Assembly (NCBI GenBank): GCA_963736855.1
Contig: CAVTQK010000015.1
Location: 672,001 to 736,000, forward strand
DNA length: 64,000 bases
Reading direction: 5' to 3'
Origin: an uncultured delta proteobacterium
Lineage (GTDB): Bacteria; Desulfobacterota; Desulfobacteria; Desulfobacterales; UBA2156
In this document: piece after piece, positions 54,388 to 64,000 of the stretch
How the letters are laid out: each line of letters starts with the position of its first letter
How positions within the stretch are numbered: position 1 is the first letter of the stretch
Position numbers and translations under genes: made by a program
The notes under the pieces: model-generated
What the model was told of the DNA's origin: nothing
Seen by the model: only the letters and a program-made list of their open reading frames with translations
Database searches by the model: none

Positions 54388-56156
54388 ATGACAAAAATCC
54401 TGGTAGTAGATGACGATCCGGTCATCGTCATGTTTTTGACTGAGTACTTGACCTCCATGGGCTATGAAGTCATTGGAACAGCATCTGATGCCCAAGAAGC
54501 CATTGAAAAAACCGCGTCCTTGAAACCCGACCTTATCCTCATGGATATCGTTTTAAGCCACAATACCGACGGCATCACAGCAGCCCAACAAATTCTAAAA
54601 CAGAATGATATTCCTATCATTTTCATATCCGGGCACAAAAGCGATGCTTATCTCCAAAAAGTCAAAGCTTGTGGCGCGTCCGGGTTCATCATCAAGCCTA
54701 TTGAACCCTGGCAGCTCAAGGCCTCCATCGAGATTGCCCTTCATAATAACATCTTTGATCAGGAAGTCAAAGAAATCAAATCGCAACTCCAGGAGCAGGT
54801 CAAAGAACAAACAGCTACACTGAAAAAAATCAATCGTGATCTTCAGCAGTCGTTGCTCGAATATAAGCAGATAGAATCGGAGTTGAGAGCCGGTGAAGAG
54901 AAATACCGGAAGCTCCTGGATTGCATGAACGAAGGGTTCGTTCTCACTGATATCGAAGGGACGATTTCCTACGTCAACAAAAAGTTTCTGGACTTGTTAG
55001 GCTATGAGGAAGGAGAAGTTGTCAGCCATTTCCTAACCGAATTTACCGATGATGAGGGTAAAAAAATCATTCCGAAGCAGAGAGCCTTGCGCGAAAAGAG
55101 AATATTTGATCCCTATGAAGTCATGTTCATACGGAAGGACGGAAGGCCTGTTTATACCCTCATATCCCCGCAAGTGTTTACCGATGAGAAGGGGCGCATA
55201 AAAGGGCGGTTTGGAACGGTTACTGACATCTCGTCCTTGAAACACATTCAGGCAGCCTATCGCCGGGATGAAGCCCACCTTCGCTCTCTGATGGATACCG
55301 CCTCACATTTTGCTATTTTTCGACTGATCGCCGAGCCGACCCAGACCCTGGGATTTCGGGTCGTCTTCGCAAGCCCGTCTATTTCCGAGATCATGGGCAT
55401 TGCCGAACCGATGGATTTCTCCACATGGTTTATCAATATTCATCCCGAGGAAAAATCCGGATGGTTTGAGATGATCAGAGAGTCCCTCGTCGCCCGGGAT
55501 TTCAACCAAACTCTGCGACTATATTTTCCTCAAAATAAAGTGCCGCGATGGGTTCAGATGTTTTCTCAGAGCGTGGTAGATCCGAAATCAATACCACCTA
55601 TGTCAACGGCATATTCATCGATGTCAGCAGGCTGAAAATCGCGGAAAAGGAATTATCGATAAAGACCGCACACCTCGAAGAGCTCAACACCGCCATGAAA
55701 GTCCTTCTTCAACGCAGGGACGAAGACAAGAAAGCCATGGAGGATCGAATTCTCCAAAACGTCAAAATCGGAATCCTGCCACACATCGAAAGACTCCAAC
55801 GCTCCTCCATGCAAGCTCAACTTCAGGATCATGTGGAAGCCATCAAGACTCAAGTGATGAATGTGGTTTCACCATTTATTCATGAACTCTCATCCCAATA
55901 CCTGGATCTCACGCCGACGGAAATTCAGATCTCCCAGCATATCAAGGAAGGAAAATCTTCCAAGGAGATTGCCGAACTGATGAGCATCGCCAAGTGCACC
56001 GTGGATACCCACAGAAACAACATCCGGAAAAAACTCAACATCCAAAATAGGAAGGAAAACCTCAGATCCCGCCTGATGGCACTCAAAGACCGCCGCGACT
56101 TTGAGGGTATTTTGCCGCGCCGCCATTTTTCTCCCCGGGATTTTCCGCTCAATTGA
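54388..56156 (+). CDS. Receiver-PAS-PAS-LuxR transcriptional regulator, frameshifted near 55590
   Basis: ILVVDDD, LILMDI and IIKP receiver motifs; PAS domains; LTPTEIQI..GKSSKEIA..TVDTHRNNIRKKL. Confidence 0.88.
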
Positions 56157-57419
56157 TACGTTTTGGCAAACCGGCAAAAACTACGGAATTGTCGATTGAA
56201 TATACCTATGTGACTGGACCGGGCATGACACCACCGATTTGCGTCCGACCCGTCACGGGCTGCCTCCCGGCGATACTACGGAGATGGGTCATTGCCGTCG
56301 GGATTGATGAGAGCAGCGGAGCCCGAAGTTGGGCCGGAGGGGTTTATTTGGTTTGCGTGTTTTGGTGGGCGTTTCCGGATGCACCGGTGAGGTATTCGGA
56401 CAAGGTCTTTGCGGACTGTTTGTAAATGTCCGGTCGGATAAAATAGCCGGCCGCCAGGATCAGAAAGATCGCTCCGCGAACACCCGCAACTATTTTATTG
56501 TGCAGGTTCTTTTTATCGGTTTTGGCGGTTTGATGTCCGCCAGATGTCGGGGTCCGCTGCTCTTTATGCGGCTTCGGGTCCGCTTTTAAATCCGAGCGGT
56601 TTTGAGATTGTCCCGGAACGGCCAGGCCCGGCCGCGCATTCTTCGATGATGTTGGTATTGATTACTTGCACCCCCCGCACAAAGCCGGTCAGAAGCGCAT
56701 GATCGCACAGCACGTTGATGCGTCGGGGGTATCCCCCGCATACCCTGAAAAGCGCTTCCAACGCCCCTTGGGAAAAAATTTTACGGTTCTTCACACCGGC
56801 GACTCCGATTCGGTATTCCACATATTCCCGGATTTCCGGCCATGAAAGCGGTTTCAGATTGTAGGTGATGGTGATCCGCTGTAAAAGAAACCTTGTTTTT
56901 CGGATCCAGCAGAATGTCGTTAAATTCATTTTGACCGACGAAGAATATATTGAGAATTTTGGTTCCATCCTGCTCGAAGTTGGATAATACGCGAATTTCT
57001 TCAAGCAGTTTGAAGCTCATCCGCTGGGCTTCGTCGATGATGAGCAAGACCTTGCGCCCTTTGGAATGGGCATGCCTTAAAAAATTTTCGAAATAGATCA
57101 GAAACTGGCCTTTGGTGGCGAATGTTTTGTGGATCCGGAAAGAATTGATGATATAGTTGAAAAAATCCATCCGATCCAGCCCGGGATCCGGAATGCTGGC
57201 AGTCAGGACATCTTTTCCCAGGCTTTTGAGCAGCGCATGGATCAGGGTGGTTTTACCGGTGCCGATGTCTCCGGTTAAAAGCAGAAACCCTTTGTTGTCC
57301 AGCACCCCGTATTTAAGCACCGCCAGGGCTTCCTGATGCTTTTCCCCCAGCCACAGGAATTTCGGATCCGAGGAGATGGAAAACGGCTTGGCAGTCAGTT
57401 GGTAGTGGTCGAGATACAT
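56090..57419 (-). CDS. ExeA-like AAA ATPase with a C-terminal TM extension; several frameshifts, 3' end uncertain
   Basis: MYLDHYQLTAKPF, GDIGTGKTT, IIDEAQ, VGQNE, GGYPRRINVLCD. Confidence 0.85.
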
Positions 57420-57420
57420 G

Positions 57421-57565
57421 GTCAGAAGTCAGAGGGCAGATGCCAGATGTCAGAGGGCAGAAAAAAAGTACGAAGTTCGAAGTGAGAAAAACAGATGTTA
57501 GGTGTCAGGTAGCGGATGTCAGATAAAAGACATTCGATGTGAAACGTTAGAAGTTTGAACTGTGT
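57421..57565. repeat. Degenerate heptamer tandem tract
   Basis: GTCAGAA GTCAGAG GGCAGAT GCCAGAT GTCAGAG GGCAGAA and CGAAGTT units. Confidence 0.8.
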
Positions 57566-57768
57566 GAAATCGGAGATAGATATCTGCATGTTCCGATAGC
57601 GAATCCAAGCCCGAATATATAAACCGTTTTAGAGTGCGTAACGATTTTTTGAAGCTTATCAATAGATATGCAATACGTCAAGCTACGTCGCTTCATCTCG
57701 GCTGGAAAAAGGCTCTGGACGAAAAATTGTATTAGGGAGAGAATCCGAGCGAGGGTAAGTGTCAGCGT

Positions 57769-58565
57769 CTAGGACGTCGATCCTTCCTGCCTGTTTTTCC
57801 GGAAACGGCCCAAAGCGAGCCCGATCACCCCGGTTCCCAGAAGAATCATTGTGGCCGGTTCAGGGGCGGAAGTGCTGCCGCCGTCGTGTGAATAAGGGGT
57901 TTTGACATACTGAAAATTGCCGTTTTGTCTGATATAGTGATCATAAGCGATGAGATTCACATAGTCATAACCGCTGACATCGATATGAAATATCTTGACC
58001 ATCCCTGAGTGGTATCCTCGAATTCTCCGGGGAAATAGTTGTTCACATCGTATGAAGGCGTGAAATCCCCGATGAAGTACTCGTAGAAATCCGTCGGGAA
58101 TATGCCGCCGCCCGGAAGCGGCGACCCGCCCCCGTCCAACGGAATACCGTAATCGAACGCGTATAAGTCAGGATCGGGATTTAATGCCCCTTCGTAAAGA
58201 TCCCGGTAGGCTGAATATGACAGCCCCCCGGACTCGCTCATGACCAGCGGTTCGGTATCCAATGTGCCATAGTTGCAGTTGTGAATTTTCCCAGGAAATG
58301 GTTATGGATCCGTCCTTGCCTTCTCCCGACCCTTCCGGGACGGCGAAAGCGATTCACGTTCCATAACCTGATTCGCCCCGATCACCCACAAATCGTAACT
58401 GGTACCCGGAACGATCCAGGTTTGAGTACTTTCTTCGTAATAGGCATCAGGACTCCACATTTGCAGCATCGGAACGGCCCAAGCACCACTTGATACCACA
58501 GCCACAAATAAAATCGCGCCGAAAAGCGCCATAAAATGATGTTTCATGACATTATTCTTAAACAT
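57769..58565 (-). CDS. PEP-CTERM surface protein (choice-of-anchor N-like), split into three ORFs by indels
   Basis: Signal peptide, VPMLQ...TQTW, PYSHDG, and sorting signal APEPATMILLGTGVIGLALGRFRK. Confidence 0.88.
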
Positions 58566-58624
58566 ATTTACCTCGATAATATGATTTGACTCGGATGCTT
58601 CCCATATCTCAATCTAAAAATTAA

Positions 58625-58754
58625 AGCAAAAATCATGCTCAAATGTTTAGAATCTTAAAAATCGTGTAAAATCAAACGATTGTAATCCAGGCTGGCAAAT
58701 ACCAAATGGAAATTGTGAAGTATATGTAAGAGTGTTTATGTACTTTATTTCACA
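58625..58754 (-). promoter_or_regulatory. Sigma54-type promoter with IHF site and upstream enhancer-like dyad
   Basis: TTGAGCATGATTTTTGCT (one base off the -24/-12 consensus); AATCAAACGATTG at 58670; TGT-N10-ACA at 58739. Confidence 0.55.
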
Positions 58755-58849
58755 CCCGGCCCCTTGAACCCTTTCATTTTTTACTTTTTTCCTGCCCTCC
58801 GCCTTCTGTTCCTGCTTTCCCGTTCTTCATTCTTTCTACCATCTTTTCT

Positions 58850-58918
58850 TAAAACTTCGAACTTTTCAAATTTCCTCATTCCACAACTTCGAACTTGTAA
58901 CTTATAACTTCGAACTTC
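58850..58918. repeat. Degenerate heptamer tract (AACTTCG units)
   Basis: AACTTCG AACTTGT AACTTAT AACTTCG AACTTCT. Confidence 0.8.
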
Positions 58919-58919
58919 T

Positions 58920-59639
58920 TCACGGATGGTACCTCGCCTCCAGACCTTGCAGCAGCATCCGCAGGGTCGTGGGGTAACGCTCCTTCAGAATCAGCTCCAT
59001 CTCCGCTACTTCCCCCATGTAGGGAATCCGGGTGCCGTGGTATTCCACAGGATCTCCGATCTGTTTGAAGTAGATCCCGAAGTTTCTTAACGCATAGTAG
59101 AGCTTCTGCTTGGTGATCATATACATGTGGGTGATGCCGCGTCTTTTGGCTTCGCGGTACATCACCTGGAAAGGCCCAGCACGATGACCGGCCGCTCCCG
59201 GCGGATGATTTTCGGCGGACTCCCGTTATCCGGCAGGATCCCCCCTTCGGAGCGCTTCAGATAGGATTCCACGCCGAAGATTCCGTCTTCCTGCCGCCGC
59301 CGAAAGGTCCGGCTCACCGCCAGTCTGGAAATTTCCGACGTCTGATCCGGGGGAGGAGGCTTATAGCCGTTGAAGTTCAGGTGGGCCGCATGCTCGATGG
59401 GGAAACCTTTTACTGAGTTGAAAATCATCCGGATGGTGCCGATGACCTGGCCGTTTGTGTCGGTGGCTGCAAAATGAATCGAATACGGATCGTACGGATC
59501 TTTTCCATTCCTAAGGATGGTCTTCAGGCTTTTCGAATCCGAACTCATTTACATAGATTTCATACCGAAGGCGATAAAGCTCCTGCAGCAATGCTTCGGA
59601 TTCCACCCGGTCGAATGTAAATCTGCCGTAGGTGATCAT
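58920..59639 (-). CDS. PEP-CTERM/exosortase-associated N-acyltransferase (N-acyl amino acid synthase-like), frameshifted twice
   Basis: AAGGAGG RBS, YRLRYEIYVNEFGFE, DPYDPYSIHF, IGTIRM, SEISRLAVS..FRRR, GDPVEYHGTRIPY. Confidence 0.85.
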
Positions 59640-59765
59640 CGGTCCCCCTCCTTCAACCAAACGCCCTCAGAGCAAACCCCTTGCGCCTGGTTTCCGCTAT
59701 TTTGCTTGCATTTTTCGCCCGTTTATTCTACAAACACAAATAGAAACGCATTATCGGATACTATT

Positions 59766-60584
59766 ATGTTTGCCTCAAAAAGAAAAAAATATCAACATTT
59801 ATTATGCATCGTACTCTTTTTTTTACTCTTCCCCCCCATTGCTGATGCTTCAGATAAACCCAGCCCGGCCGCGGCGGTATCCCTTTCCGGAAAAGATGTC
59901 GCCACGCAGGTCTATTATCGCGAAAACGGGGAAAGCGCTTCGGGCGCCATACAGATGATACTCATCGACGCTGCGGGATCCGAACGGTTACGCGAATTTC
60001 AGTTTTTCCGAAAAGACGCCGGCCCCCTCTCCAAGAACCTCACCCGTTTCACGGAACCCCCGGATATTCGGGGAACCGCTTTCCTTTCCATCGAAAAATC
60101 CGAAGGCGAAACCGAACAATTTCTTTTTTTGCCGTCGCTGCGCCGCACTCGTCGGATCATCGCTTCCCAAAGGGACACCGTTTCGTGAACAGCGACTTTA
60201 CATATGAGGACATGGAGCGGCGCCCGGTGGAAAAATTCGGCCACCAAATCACCGGCGAAACCCAGCGGGACGCCATCACCTGCCAGATCCTGGAAAGCAT
60301 CCCCTGAAAACAAAGCCGACTCGCAGTACGGCCTCATCCAGAGCTTCATCAACAAGACCGATTTCATGCCGATTCAGGTCGATTTTTTCGACATGTCCGG
60401 AAAGCGCGTTAAAATTTATCGCGTCCTTGAAGTTAAAACGATCCAGGGGATTCCCACGGAAACGCAGGTCGCCATGGAAGACCTCGTACAAAAACACAAG
60501 ACTGTTTTGAAAGTCCTGAGCCTTTCTTATAACACCCGCCTCGAAGACGCTTTGTTTACGCAGCACAAAATGGAAAACTGGTAG
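59766..60584 (+). CDS. Outer-membrane lipoprotein-sorting (LolA-like) protein, frameshifted near 60180
   Basis: RFTEPPDIRGTAFL, QFLFLPSLRRTRRI, NSDFTYED, YNTRLEDALFT. Confidence 0.85.
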
Positions 60585-60591
60585 CAAAATC

Positions 60592-61030
60592 ATGAAAACC
60601 GCGGTTCTGTTCGATTCCGCTTCTAGATGCTTTTCCCTTATGCTGCTCTTTCTCAGGAAAATGAAAGCCCCTTTCGTTTCAGCGGGTTCATCCGGGCTCG
60701 CGGAGACACCGACATCGAAGAAAGCGAGGCGGCCGAGCAGATGCGATCGTTTCGAAACATCGCCCGTCTGCAGGGGAAGTGGCGCCCCGCCGGAGACGAT
60801 TCCATGCACCTGCTCGCCTCGGTGGAGTCGAATTTTTTGTGGTTCGGCCCGGATCCGGAGCACGACGAATATGACTTCGATCTTTTCGAAGGATACCTCT
60901 TTTCACTGCCGCGGCCCCTTTGACATGACTCTGGGAAAGCAGATCGTTCGTTGGGGAAAAAACGACGAGATCAGCCCGTCGATTTTCTCAACTCGCAGGA
61001 TCTTCGCGAGTTTTTTATCTATGAATACGC
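60592..61030 (+). pseudogene. 5' part of an outer-membrane protein (DUF1302-like), frameshifted and truncated
   Basis: FRFSGF, LFEGYL, LGKQIVRWGK.DE pattern; collides with the inverted MMPL fragment. Confidence 0.55.
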
Positions 61031-62062
61031 TGCGATCCAGGCAAACTCCCGGATAGGCGGGATCCGGCTCACCGCCAGCGATGCAAACCCCACCGCCGTA
61101 GTCAGCGTCGTTAAAAAACATGGGAGTTCCACCTGTCGGATTACCTCGGCAAGGGCTGCTTCCTTGCTTCCGAAGCGGATGAGCATCCGGCGATCCAGGT
61201 GGGAAAAAATGTGCACCGTATCGCACAAGGCGAGCGCCATTACCAGCGGTATCACCACGATGGTCACGTTGTGAGGGCAACCCCGGTCATCCCCATGAAT
61301 CCCCGGGTCGCCCGCACGCACGCCGAAATATTGATCACCGCAAGCAAGGTGACGAGTCTTCCTGAAGAAAAACCACACCGTCAGCGTAATGAAAAGATAG
61401 GTCACCGGCACAAAGGTCGTCATGTCTTTTTTTAAATATTGGCTTAAGCTTAGATTGGTAACGGTCCAGCCGGCCAGGTGAAACGTTCCGGCCTTTTTTT
61501 CGTATTCGGATAAAATGTTTCGGGTTTTTTCAATGAGGCGCTTACGGTAATCTCCATCCTCGGGCCGGTCGGCCGTTTCCACCACGATGGCCGCCGTCTT
61601 GCCGTCCGGGGAGATCAGGTTTTTCAGATAAAGCGCATTTCCCAGGGCACGGGCTTTAAGTTCGGCAAGGCTTTCTTTGTCTTTCGGGATCTCTTCCAGG
61701 AAACGCCGGACCTCGAAATAGTCCTCGCCTCCCACAATATCTTCCACATTGGCAAGGCTTCTGACTTTTTCCGCTTCTTCAAGTTTTTCCAGGTCCGTGG
61801 TGATATCCCGAAGGAGCCCGAGATTTTCCGCCGTAAAAAGATTGTCCGTTTCAAAGGCGATGACGAAGAACTCGTCGTTTCCGAAGACCCGTTTGAATTC
61901 CTCGTAGAAGGCCGCCGCGGGATCATCTTCTAAGCGGAAGTAATCCACGTTGTCCACGGTGCGCACAAACGGATTGAATTCCGAGAATACAGTCCCGAAC
62001 AGCACGGATAAAACCAGCCACATTCGCGGCCTCCGCGTCACCCCGGAAAGATCCATTTTCAT
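61030..62062 (-). pseudogene. 5' half of an MMPL/RND-type transporter, frameshifted and truncated
   Basis: DNVDYF, FGNDEFFVIAF, LISPDGKTAAI, PCFLTTLTTAVGFASL. Confidence 0.8.
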
Positions 62063-62149
62063 CTTCTGCGGTCTCCTCGTTTCAAACCCCTATATCACAT
62101 CCACAAAAACCCCGAAACGACATTTCGTCCGCGGCGGGACTTATCCTCC

Positions 62150-62458
62150 CTTCTCCGCTCTTTCTGCCATCTGCTATTCGAACTTCGAAATGATCACTTC
62201 GAACTCCTTTTCCTGCCCTCTGTCTGCATTTCCTTACCCTGTTTTCGCTATCCTTTCGCCAAACCATCACCAGACACCAGGATACCAGGATGCCTCCCAA
62301 CCATACCGACGACCCGAATTCCGAATCTCTGGCATCTTATTTCTGCCATCTGCCATCTGTCATATGCTCTTCAACTTCGAAATTATCACTTCAAGCTCGG
62401 GACTTCTAAAATGCCTTTTTCCACAACTTATCACTTCGAACTTCGAACTTCGAACTTT
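62150..62458. repeat. Long degenerate heptamer tract
   Basis: CTGCCAT runs and CACTTCG AACTTCG AACTTCG AACTT. Confidence 0.8.
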
Positions 62459-62990
62459 CTTAAAGAGGCCTTCTCCCGCAATATCGGCCTTTTCACCCGG
62501 CTGAACAGGAAACCCTCCTTCGCTCCAAAGTCGCCATCCCCGGGAATGGGCGGAGTCGGTGGAACCCATCTTCTCACCCTCACCCGCACCGGCATCGGCG
62601 CTTTTCACATCGCGGATTTCGACATCTTCGAACCAGCCAACATCAACCGCCAGGCCGGCGCATCGGTGAACACCTTCGGCCGAAAAAAACTTGACGTCAT
62701 GAAAGAACAGGCCTTAGCCATCAACCCTTACTTGAACATCGCGGAATTCCCCGAAGGCATCCATGAGCAAAACATCGACGCCTTTCTGGACGGCGTCCAG
62801 GTGGTGGTGGATGGCCTCGACTTTTTCTCCTTTGACACCCGGCGCCTGCTCTTCACCAGGGCCCAGGAAAAGGCGCCTACGTGGTCACCGCCGGCCCCAT
62901 GGGCTACAGCGCCGCCCTCCTCGTCTTTTCCCCTAACGAAGGCATGACCTTCGACGACTATTTTGCCGTTACAAAAGACATGCCCCCGAA
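62459..62990 (+). pseudogene. ThiF/MoeB-family adenylyltransferase fragment
   Basis: EAFSRNIG, GMGGVGG, ADFDIFEPANINRQ, VVDGLDFF; no clear start, frameshifts, truncated. Confidence 0.8.
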
Positions 62991-63008
62991 CCCCCGCCCG
63001 GCTTCGAG

Positions 63009-63335
63009 ATGGAGTCGGTGCAGCTCGTCCTGCTGATGCGGGCGCCGAGCTGGAAGAAGCTCCCCGACGCGGAGGCGGCGGCCCTCCAGAAGCAGCACAT
63101 CGGCCACCTCACGGCCATGGGCGAGGCGGGAAAGATGGTCGTGGCCGGCCCGTTCTCCGACCAGGCCGACCCGGCCTACCGGGGCGTCTGCATCTACCGG
63201 GTCGGCTCGGTCGCCGAGGCACGCGCCCTCGCCGAGCAGGATCCTGCGGTGAAGGCGGGCCAGCTGCGGGTCGAGGCCATGACCTGGTGGTACGGCAAGG
63301 GCTACATGACCTTTCCGAAGGCGGTGGCGCCCTAG
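63009..63335 (+). CDS. YciI-like protein, possibly 5'-truncated
   Basis: HIGHL, VAGPF, DPAVKAG; very GC-rich codons. Confidence 0.8.
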   Translation: MESVQLVLLMRAPSWKKLPDAEAAALQKQHIGHLTAMGEAGKMVVAGPFSDQADPAYRGVCIYRVGSVAEARALAEQDPAVKAGQLRVEAMTWWYGKGYMTFPKAVAP

Positions 63336-64000
63336 CGAGGCCTGACCCGCGCCTCCGTGTCGGCGCGGGAGAGCCGGGCCAGGCCTGCCAGTCGAACCGC
63401 CCTCCCCCACCCCACCGCCGCCGCGGCGAGCTGGGCGAGGAGGACGCCGGCCACGACGGCCCAGCGCGGGCCGGCCGGCAGCCGCTCCCGGATGGCCATC
63501 AGCGACGAGCCCCAGCACCGGACCGGCCAGCGCGCCCGCCAGGCCGATGGAGAGCGCGTGGAGCGGCCGGCGCAGGACCAGCCAGGTCCCGGAGAGCCAG
63601 GCCTTGAAGGCGCTGCGCCGGTCGGGGCGCGACGCCATGCGCGCGCGGCCGGCGTCGAGGGTCAGGTGCGCGACGAGGAGGAGCGCGACGGCGGCCACGA
63701 GCGTCCAGCGCTCCCGGGAGGCGGCCGCGGCCTCGGTGACCATCCGCTCGACGGCCCGATCGGTGCCCTTCCGGAGCGCGACGGCCGCGGCGGCGGCGAT
63801 GCCCAGGGGGATCGCCCCGACGATCACCATGCGGAACATCCGGCCGTAGAACCGGCCGGCGCCGGTGAGGAGCGGACGGAAGTGGAGCGGGTGGTCCGAG
63901 CCCGCCTCGGCGAGCATCGCACCGGTGAGGGCCGGCGCGAAGAAGAGGGCGACCACGAGCGAGCTCGCCATCCAGCCGGGGATGGCCTGCCCATGCGGGC
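63330..64000 (-). CDS. Hypothetical multi-pass membrane protein, partial
   Basis: Several Ala/Leu-rich TM segments in a very GC-rich block; 3' boundary uncertain. Confidence 0.55.

Noticed and set aside
57421..62458. CRISPR array
   Set aside because: Repeats are 7-nt tandem units without unique spacers, and no cas genes are present

Overview
The window looks like a Desulfobacterota-type (deltaproteobacterial) chromosome, probably from an indel-prone assembly. 1-33.6 kb is mostly core genome: eno, pyrG, a GAF-ANTAR regulator, tolQRAB-pal-cpoB, ruvCAB, rplM-rpsI, a peptide ABC transporter, two histidine kinases, and iorAB with a phenylacetate-CoA ligase. At 33.9-35.3 kb is a membrane-anchored P-loop protein whose motifs follow eukaryotic EHD/sarcalumenin proteins. 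A ~3.8 kb integrase island with a Panacea antitoxin and a PemK-like toxin candidate appears inserted at the 5' end of tRNA-Pro(CGG), separating it from a perfect-spacing promoter. purA and tadA follow, with tadA divergent from its substrate tRNA-Arg(ACG). 41.6-46.4 kb is a mosaic accessory zone: a peptidoglycan-binding protein, a metalloprotease-like gene, integrase and IS remnants, and TA modules including yefM-yoeB between attC-like sites. Next is a TRAP + 2-oxoacid/acetoin dehydrogenase E1/E2 + AhpD-like operon with no E3. The window ends with a scrambled, frameshift-rich PEP-CTERM-associated locus containing heptamer tracts, then an abrupt jump to very GC-rich DNA. A family of structured miniature inverted-repeat elements with 4-bp target duplications is scattered through the window. 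No rRNA or CRISPR array was seen. All calls are from motif recognition by eye; no searches were run.
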